The translations under genes and the position numbers were made by a program. The notes beneath the pieces are model-generated. The model searched no databases and was not told where the DNA came from. It was given only the letters and a program-made list of their open reading frames with translations. DNA of 63,675 nucleotides, counting the filler. It is 5 parts of 5 records of this genome, joined end to end, with 100 filler letters (N's around TTAATTAATTAA, not from the genome) between each part and the next. Parts side by side here need not be neighbours in the genome. Positions count along the whole stretch, not along the records: positions 39,650 to 59,857 come from SRR20825010_572; positions 59,958 to 63,675 come from SRR20825010_657; 3 more parts are not named here. One strand, given 5' to 3'. Below, piece after piece: positions 55,705-63,675 of the stretch. How positions within the stretch are numbered: the first letter of the stretch is position 1; each line of letters opens with the position of its first letter.

Positions 55705-56886
55705 ATGGATACATCTCTGCACCCGAACGACGCCTTTGCCGGATTCGGCAAAGCGGCCCGAACCGCCTTCATGCTGGAGCGCGATTACGCTCATCTGAAT
55801 CATGGCTCCTATGGAGCTACGCCGGTGTCCGTACTGGCTGCACAGCGGGTTTGGCAGGACCGGCTGGAGCTGGAGCCGAGCAGGTTCATGCGCCGCGAGT
55901 ACAAACCGGCGATGCGAGCCGCGGCTGAGGCGCTGGCGCCGAGGCTTGGTGTCGAAGCGGATGGCGTGGTCCTGGTCGAGAACGTTACCCAGGCCGTGAA
56001 CGCAATCCTGCGCGAGCTCCAATTGCCGGCGGGCGCCGAGATTCTCATCACCGACCAGACCTATGGCGCGGTCAGGAATACGGTGCGCCATAACTGCAAG
56101 CGCAATGGCTGGGCGCTGCGGGATGTTGCCCTTCCCTTTCCGGCCGCGTCGGCGGAAGACATTCTCGCGGCTTTCAAGGCCGCGCTCACCCCGGCTCCGG
56201 CACTGGTTATCATTGACCATGTCACATCGCCGACCGCTTTGGTGATGCCGCTTGTTGAAATGGCGGCAGCGGCGCGTGAGGCGGGAGCTTTGGTACTGGT
56301 CGATGGCGCCCATGCGCCTGGCATGCTCGACCTGGATATCTCCCAGATCCCCTGTGACTGGTACACCGGCAACTGCCATAAATGGATGTTCGCGCCGAAG
56401 GGATGCGGGTTCCTTTGGAGTGCCGAAGCCCGCCGCGATGACATGCATCCACTCGCAATTTCTCATTGGTATGAAGAAGGATACACGGTCGAGTTCGACT
56501 ATGTCGGTACCCGCGATGCATCCAGCATGCTCTGCATGCCGAGCGTGCTGGCTTTCATGGACGCTCATGGGCCGGCGCGGATCCGGGCGTACAATCATGC
56601 GCTTGTAAACGATGCGGCAGACATGCTCTCCACTGCCTGGAAGACCGGGCGCGGTGCCGGGGCAGGCCTTACCGGCTCGATAGCCATGGTGCGCCTACCC
56701 GACGGGCTCGGGACGACTCTGAGCGATGCCGATGCGCTTCGGAATCGACTGGTCGACGAATTCCGGGTCCAAATACCGATCAATGCCCTGACCGGCACGC
56801 TTTGGTGCCGTCTTTCGGCGCAGATTTATAACGAGATAAGAGATTATGAGCGGCTGGAATCGGCGATCACAAAAATCGCCGGATAA
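55705..56886 (+). CDS. PLP-dependent class V aminotransferase (isopenicillin N epimerase / C-S lyase-like)
   Basis: LNHGSYG, DHVTSPT, DGAHAPG and GNCHKW (PLP Lys). Confidence 0.88.
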   Translation: MDTSLHPNDAFAGFGKAARTAFMLERDYAHLNHGSYGATPVSVLAAQRVWQDRLELEPSRFMRREYKPAMRAAAEALAPRLGVEADGVVLVENVTQAVNAILRELQLPAGAEILITDQTYGAVRNTVRHNCKRNGWALRDVALPFPAASAEDILAAFKAALTPAPALVIIDHVTSPTALVMPLVEMAAAAREAGALVLVDGAHAPGMLDLDISQIPCDWYTGNCHKWMFAPKGCGFLWSAEARRDDMHPLAISHWYEEGYTVEFDYVGTRDASSMLCMPSVLAFMDAHGPARIRAYNHALVNDAADMLSTAWKTGRGAGAGLTGSIAMVRLPDGLGTTLSDADALRNRLVDEFRVQIPINALTGTLWCRLSAQIYNEIRDYERLESAITKIAG

Positions 56887-56891
56887 GCGCT

Positions 56892-57125
56892 TTAATTCAG
56901 CTTGCTGCGGAATTTCTTCTCGAGATAAGCGAGGACTTCGCTTTTCCGGGCGCCATTATCCTCGCGCGCCAGCTTGAACAACCGGGAAGCTTCATTGTCC
57001 TGTGGTGGCTCCGGCTGTTTCCCCATCTGGGACAGAGCGGCCTGCCGAGCCTGTTCTAGAACCCGGGGATCGATCTTCTTGCGGATCTCCCGCATCATCA
57101 TGAGTAGCTTCTTACGTTCATCCAT
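56892..57125 (-). CDS. Small helical hypothetical protein
   Basis: About 77-aa charged helical ORF with a GGGAG RBS; fills the intergenic gap cleanly. Confidence 0.65.
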   Translation of the reverse strand: MDERKKLLMMMREIRKKIDPRVLEQARQAALSQMGKQPEPPQDNEASRLFKLAREDNGARKSEVLAYLEKKFRSKLN

Positions 57126-57219
57126 GATGAAACTCCCTGTAGGCAGCATCCCGGTTCATGCGCCGGTGTTCTGCCCGAACCTGACCGTAAGAATATAGCC
57201 TAAACGGGTTTTCGATTCT

Positions 57220-57555
57220 CTAGTGATCGTATGGCTTGATCGTAAACGCGGCGGCCAGAGCGTTATCCGTAATCTTGGTTACGACCGCTTCCGCCTGCCC
57301 CTTCATCTTGTGATTGCCCTTCGACACATCGATCTCGAAGCGGAAGCGCTGACTCTTGATCAGCACATCCTTGTCGTAGGGTTCAATAATGAAGCCCTTC
57401 AGATTGTAGTCCTTCACGACAAACGTGAAGCTGTCGATTTTCACGATTCCGCAAGCCTCGAGCTTTCCCTTGGCCTTGACGCTTTTGATGCCCTGGGCCT
57501 TGGTTGGCCTGGCTGGACCCTTGGTCCTGACTTTGAGGAAGTCAAAAAGCCCCAC
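57220..57555 (-). CDS. Hypothetical protein, possible degenerate PilZ-like beta-barrel
   Basis: 111 aa, GTG start after AAGGGA. VKDYNLKGF resembles the PilZ D/N-x-S-x-x-G motif. Confidence 0.6.
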   Translation of the reverse strand: MGLFDFLKVRTKGPARPTKAQGIKSVKAKGKLEACGIVKIDSFTFVVKDYNLKGFIIEPYDKDVLIKSQRFRFEIDVSKGNHKMKGQAEAVVTKITDNALAAAFTIKPYDH

Positions 57556-57895
57556 GCTCGAATCCCTTTTCTTCAGAGCGCCACAATGGCGCTATCTGGT
57601 GCGATATTTATTCTAATATACGCAATCTGGTGTTTGGACAAAGCTTAGCAAGCGAGATCTCGGTTAAATCGATGCTTTGTAAGTACAATTCACGGCGATT
57701 CTCCAAGAAAAAGGCTCAAAATTCAAGTCAAATAGGATGAGCTCTCTTTCTATCAAAATGGGGAAAATTTTATTTAAATAGTCTTTCCATTCTTAATTTG
57801 CGAGTTTAGGCGACAACATCGGACTGTCTTTCATCCATTGCGCCCTAGTTTTAATAATCAGGATTTTTTCAGGAATTTGGCGGGTATAAAACGAT

Positions 57896-57915
57896 TGAGA
57901 GGCCCACGCCTCTCA
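57896..57915 (-). terminator. Possible terminator hairpin downstream of tRNA-Lys
   Basis: TGAGAGGC-CCAC-GCCTCTCA, followed on the minus strand by ATCGTTTTAT (weak U tract). Confidence 0.45.
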
Positions 57916-57993
57916 CCGAGAGGACAATATAGATCCCCTGAACGCTCTCAGTATTCGAGGCGTATCGGTACGGCATCTGAAAGTTCGGAGGAA

Positions 57994-58069
57994 TGGTGAG
58001 CGCGACAGGGTTCGAACCTGTGACCGTCTGATTAAAAGTCAGATGCTCTACCAGCTGAGCTACGCGCCC
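57994..58069 (-). tRNA. tRNA-Lys(TTT)
   Basis: GGGCGCGTAGCTCAGCTGGTAGAGCA-TCTGA-CT-TTT-AA-TCAGA-CGGTCACAGGTTCGAACCCTGTCGCGCTCACCA, 76 nt with encoded CCA. Confidence 0.97.
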
Positions 58070-58084
58070 CCGAAAGGAAGCCGG

Positions 58085-58136
58085 AACCTATGCAAACAGC
58101 GCGGTCCGGTCAACCTCTTCCGGAAAGTTTTTTTTG
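58085..58136 (-). promoter_or_regulatory. Putative sigma70 promoter of tRNA-Lys
   Basis: Minus strand TTGACC, 17-nt spacer, TAGGTT, preceded by an A-tract. Confidence 0.55.
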
Positions 58137-58142
58137 TTCCTG

Positions 58143-58649
58143 TTACTGGAACTTGTCCTCGACCCGCGCGACCACGTGTTCAGGCACGAACTGATCGATC
58201 GCACCGCCCATGTTCGCGATCTCCTTGACCAGCCGCGACGAGATGAACTGGTTGCGGTCAGATGCCATGAGAAACACGGTTTCAACGTCGGCATTCAGAC
58301 GTGCATTCATCCCAACCATCTGGAATTCATACTCGAAATCCGAAACCGCCCGCAGGCCGCGTATGATGGTCGCGGCACCGTTCTGCTCAACAAAATGCAT
58401 CAGCAGGTTGCCGAAGGACACAACGACGATCTCGCCATGAACGTCATCCTCTTTATAGGATTCGTTCAGTTTATCGATTTCGTCCTGCACCATCTCAACC
58501 CGTTCATCCAGGCTGAAAAGCGGCCCTTTGCCAGCATTGCGCGCAACGGCAACGATCAGTTTATCGACCAGTTTGCTGCCACGCCGGATGATGTCCAGAT
58601 GCCCGTTCGTAATAGGGTCGAACGTGCCTGGATAAACCCCAATCCTCAT
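58143..58649 (-). CDS. coaD: Phosphopantetheine adenylyltransferase
   Basis: YPGTFDPITNGHLDII, RGLRAVSDFEYE and ISSRLVKE motifs. Confidence 0.96.
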   Translation of the reverse strand: MRIGVYPGTFDPITNGHLDIIRRGSKLVDKLIVAVARNAGKGPLFSLDERVEMVQDEIDKLNESYKEDDVHGEIVVVSFGNLLMHFVEQNGAATIIRGLRAVSDFEYEFQMVGMNARLNADVETVFLMASDRNQFISSRLVKEIANMGGAIDQFVPEHVVARVEDKFQ

Positions 58650-58665
58650 GTTTCCAAGTCCCCCG

Positions 58666-59857
58666 TTAGCTCTCGGCGGTATCTCCGTCGCCGCCTTCGT
58701 CGATGCCGGTTTCTTCCTCACCTTCCACTTCCACATCGTCTCCGTTTTCGTCGCCAGCCAGGCCCACGGATACGACTTTTTCGCCTTCATCGACGCGGAA
58801 GACCCAGACACCCTGGGTTCTCCGCCCAGTGATGCTGATTTCACCGACCGCACAGCGAATCACCTGTCCGCCGTCGGTCACAAGCATGATCTGATCGTTA
58901 TCTGTCACCGGGAACGCAGCAACGACACCGCCGCTGCGCTTGGTGAGCTCCATATTCGCGATACCCTGCCCGCCCCGGTTTGTGATCCGGTATTCATGAG
59001 CAGATGTCCGCTTTCCGAGACCGCTTTCCGTCAGGGTGAGGATGAATTCCTCTTCCGCTCCAAGCTGTGCGAATCGCTCCGGTGTCAATGATCCGGTCGC
59101 CGCCGGAGAATCAACATCCTCATCCCCCTCACCCGTTGCCCGGCGCATCTGCCCGGCAAGCTTCAGGTAAACGTCGCGTTCCAGAACATCGGAGTCGGGA
59201 ACATCCTGATAATCGACATGGTGCAGAATCGACATGGAGACGACCTCGTCACCCGCCCCAAGCCGGATTCCGCGAACACCAAGAGAATCCCGGCCGCGGA
59301 ACAGCCGGACATCGGTTGCCCGGAAGCGAATCGCCTTGCCGTCCCGTGTGGTCAGGAAGACGTCATCCTCCTCCATGCAGGGCTGCACATTGATCAGACG
59401 ATCATTCTCATCAAGCCGCATGGCGATCTTGCCGTTGCGCTTGATATTGGTGAAGTCGGACAGCGCGTTCCGGCGCACGGTGCCAGCAGAAGTCGCGAAC
59501 ATGATGTGCATGCCCGCCCACTCTTCCTCTTCCGCAGGCATCGGCATAATGGTCTGGATCCACTCGCCCTGCTCCAGCGGCAGCAGATTCACCAGCGCCT
59601 TACCCCGCGATTGCGGGGTGCCGATCGGCAGGCGGTAGGTCTTCATCTGATAAACCATGCCACGCGAGGTGAAGAACAATATGGGCGTGTGGGTGTTGGC
59701 GACGAACAGACGGCTGACGAAATCCTCGTCCCGCGTGGCCATGCCGGAACGGCCCTTGCCGCCACGTTTTTGGGACCGGTAGGTCGAAAGCGGCACGCGC
59801 TTGATGTAGCCATTATGGCTGACCGTGACGACCATGTCCTCGCGCTGGATCAGGTCT
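58666..59857 (-). CDS. gyrA: DNA gyrase subunit A, C-terminal part (5'-truncated)
   Basis: GyrA box QKRGGKG, beta-pinwheel repeats and an acidic tail; gyrA-coaD order. Confidence 0.94.
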
Positions 59858-59957
59858 NNNNNNNNNNNNNNNNNNNNNNNNNNNNNNNNNNNNNNNNNNN
59901 NTTAATTAATTAANNNNNNNNNNNNNNNNNNNNNNNNNNNNNNNNNNNNNNNNNNNN
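59858..59957. other. Artificial contig spacer
   Basis: N44-TTAATTAATTAA-N44. Confidence 0.98.
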
Positions 59958-60704
59958 GGCTTCGGCTTCAAGTGGAACATGGGCTTCATGCACGACACGC
60001 TGAGCTATTTCGCTCGCGAGCCGGTGTACCGCAAGCATCACCACCAGGAAATCACCTTCGGCCTCACATACGCCTTCACGGAAAACTTCGTGTTGCCGCT
60101 CTCTCATGACGAGGTCGTGCACGGCAAGGGATCGCTGATCGCCAAGATGTCCGGCGACGACTGGCAGAAATTCGCCAATCTCAGGGCCTATTACGCCCTC
60201 ATGTGGGCCTATCCCGGCAAGAAACTGCTGTTCATGGGCCAGGAATTTGCGCAGTGGAGCGAGTGGAGCGAGGCGCGCGCGCTCGACTGGAACCTGCTTG
60301 ACTATCACACCCATGAGGGCGTGCGCCGGCTGGTGCGCGACCTGAACTTCACCTACCGCGCCAAGCCCGCGCTCCACGCCCGCGACTGCGAGCCGGAGGG
60401 GTTTGAATGGACGATCGTCGACGATCACGACAATTCCGTCTTCGCCTGGCAGCGCAAGGCGCCGGGGGAAAAGCCGATCGTGGTTGTCTGCAATCTCACG
60501 CCCGTGCCGCGCGACGGCTATCATGTGCCGCTGCCCAAGGCCGGCATCTGGCGGGAAATTCTGAATACCGACGCCGAAATTTACGGCGGCAGCGGCTTGG
60601 GCAATGGCGGGCGGGTGCGCGCCGAAACCCATGGCCATGGCGGCATTTCCGCAGGGCTGATGTTGCCGCCGCTTGCGACCATCATGTTGGAACCGGAAGA
60701 GTAA
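59958..60704 (+). CDS. glgB: 1,4-alpha-glucan branching enzyme, 5'-truncated
   Basis: [33 protein letters not shown] and NTDA..YGGSG motifs. Confidence 0.95.
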   Translation, partial: GFGFKWNMGFMHDTLSYFAREPVYRKHHHQEITFGLTYAFTENFVLPLSHDEVVHGKGSLIAKMSGDDWQKFANLRAYYALMWAYPGKKLLFMGQEFAQWSEWSEARALDWNLLDYHTHEGVRRLVRDLNFTYRAKPALHARDCEPEGFEWTIVDDHDNSVFAWQRKAPGEKPIVVVCNLTPVPRDGYHVPLPKAGIWREILNTDAEIYGGSGLGNGGRVRAETHGHGGISAGLMLPPLATIMLEPEE

Positions 60705-60718
60705 GTTGGGAGGGAAGA

Positions 60719-61981
60719 ATGAACAATCGCATGGGACAGCCGCTTGCGCGTGACGCCATGGCCTATGTTCTGGCCGGCGGACGAGGAAGCCGCCTGAAGG
60801 AGCTGACGGATACCCGTGCCAAGCCTGCCGTCTATTTCGGCGGCAAGACCCGCATTATCGATTTCGCGCTGTCGAACGCGCTCAATTCCGGCATTCGCCG
60901 TATCGGGGTCGCGACCCAGTACAAGGCCCATTCGCTGATCCGCCACCTTCATCAGGGCTGGAACTTCTTCCGGCCGGAGCGCAACGAAAGTTTCGATGTT
61001 CTCCCCGCCTCCCAGCGCGTCTCCGAGACGCAGTGGTATGAAGGCACCGCCGACGCGGTCTACCAGAACATCGACATCATCGATTCCTACAATCCGGAAT
61101 ACATGATCATCCTGGCAGGCGACCATATCTACAAAATGGACTACGAGATGATGCTGCGCCAGCACGTCAACGAGGGTGCCGATATCACCATCGGCTGCCT
61201 CGAAGTGCCGGTGGAGGAGGCCAAGGGTTTCGGCGTCATGCATGTCGACGAGAACGACCGGATCGTCGATTTCGTCGAAAAGCCCGCCAACCCGCCCGGC
61301 ATTCCCGGCAATGAGAAGATGGCGCTCGCCTCGATGGGCATCTACGTGTTCAAGACGCGGTTCCTGTTCGACTGCCTCTACCGCGATGCCGCCGATCCCA
61401 CTTCCAGCCGTGATTTTGGCAAGGATATCGTTCCCTACATCGTCAAGAACGGCAAGGCGCTGGCACACCGCTTTTCCAAGAGCTGCGTGCGCTCCAGCTT
61501 CGAGGAACAGGCCTATTGGCGCGATGTCGGAACGCTCGATGCCTATTGGCAGGCCAATATCGACCTGACAGGCGTGGTGCCGGAACTCGACATCTACGAC
61601 AAGTCCTGGCCGATCTGGTCCTATTCGGAAGTCACGCCGCCGGCGAAATTCGTTCACGATGATGAAAACCGGCGCGGTTCGGCGGTTTCCTCGGTGGTGT
61701 CCGGCGATTGCATCATTTCCGGTTCGCAGCTTTACAAGAGCCTGCTTTTTACCGGTGTACGCGCCAATTCCTATTCACGCCTCGAAGGCGCGGTGGTGCT
61801 GCCGCACGTGCATGTCGGCCGCCACGCCCAGCTTCGCAACGTGATCATCGACCATGGCGTCCATATCCCGGAAGGCCTGGTGGTGGGCGAGGACCCCGAG
61901 ATCGATGCCCGCCGTTTCCGCCGCTCGGAAAGCGGCATCTGCCTCATTACGCAGTCAATGATCGACAAACTGGACACATAA
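60719..61981 (+). CDS. glgC: Glucose-1-phosphate adenylyltransferase
   Basis: [21 protein letters not shown] and GDHIYKMDY; 420 aa from ATG 60719. Confidence 0.96.
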   Translation: MNNRMGQPLARDAMAYVLAGGRGSRLKELTDTRAKPAVYFGGKTRIIDFALSNALNSGIRRIGVATQYKAHSLIRHLHQGWNFFRPERNESFDVLPASQRVSETQWYEGTADAVYQNIDIIDSYNPEYMIILAGDHIYKMDYEMMLRQHVNEGADITIGCLEVPVEEAKGFGVMHVDENDRIVDFVEKPANPPGIPGNEKMALASMGIYVFKTRFLFDCLYRDAADPTSSRDFGKDIVPYIVKNGKALAHRFSKSCVRSSFEEQAYWRDVGTLDAYWQANIDLTGVVPELDIYDKSWPIWSYSEVTPPAKFVHDDENRRGSAVSSVVSGDCIISGSQLYKSLLFTGVRANSYSRLEGAVVLPHVHVGRHAQLRNVIIDHGVHIPEGLVVGEDPEIDARRFRRSESGICLITQSMIDKLDT

Positions 61982-61984
61982 GAC

Positions 61985-63675
<1,691 letters not shown>

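Noticed and set aside
59040..59225. Acidic insertion in the GyrA C-terminal domain as an intein or novel domain
   Set aside because: It has no intein terminal motifs, and an insertion at this position is usual in alphaproteobacterial GyrA.

Overview
The window is not one locus. It is five unrelated contigs joined by four artificial 100-nt spacers (N44-TTAATTAATTAA-N44 at 30202-30301, 33554-33653, 39550-39649, 59858-59957). All five look alphaproteobacterial. Contig A (1-30201) carries tRNA-Ser, a secreted M20 amidohydrolase operon, a complete hut cluster (hutF-C-U-H-G divergent from hutI) with a perfect HutC-type operator, ubiD, a TIR-TM-TPR protein, pmbA, two orphan PleC/DivJ-type histidine kinases, xseA/purD and a truncated RND pump. 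Contig B (30302-33553) is one uninterrupted 1084-codon internal piece of a large repeat-rich autotransporter/adhesin. Contigs C (33654-39549) and E (59958-63675) are two different glycogen operons. Contig D (39650-59857) has a Fur-box-preceded TonB receptor/IroE-like esterase/AraC/OYE cluster, mfd-sdhE/recG, a candidate fluoroacetate dehalogenase, two small orphans, tRNA-Lys, coaD and the 3' end of gyrA. I found no CRISPR array, transposase, integrase or phage gene. Most content is ordinary housekeeping or catabolism. The best candidates for something uncharacterised are the receptor-like TIR-TM-TPR protein, the siderophore-uptake cluster with a coupled flavin reductase, the giant adhesin, and two structured intergenic elements (upstream of ubiD and of the RND pump). 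All calls come from reading motifs by eye; no searches were run.
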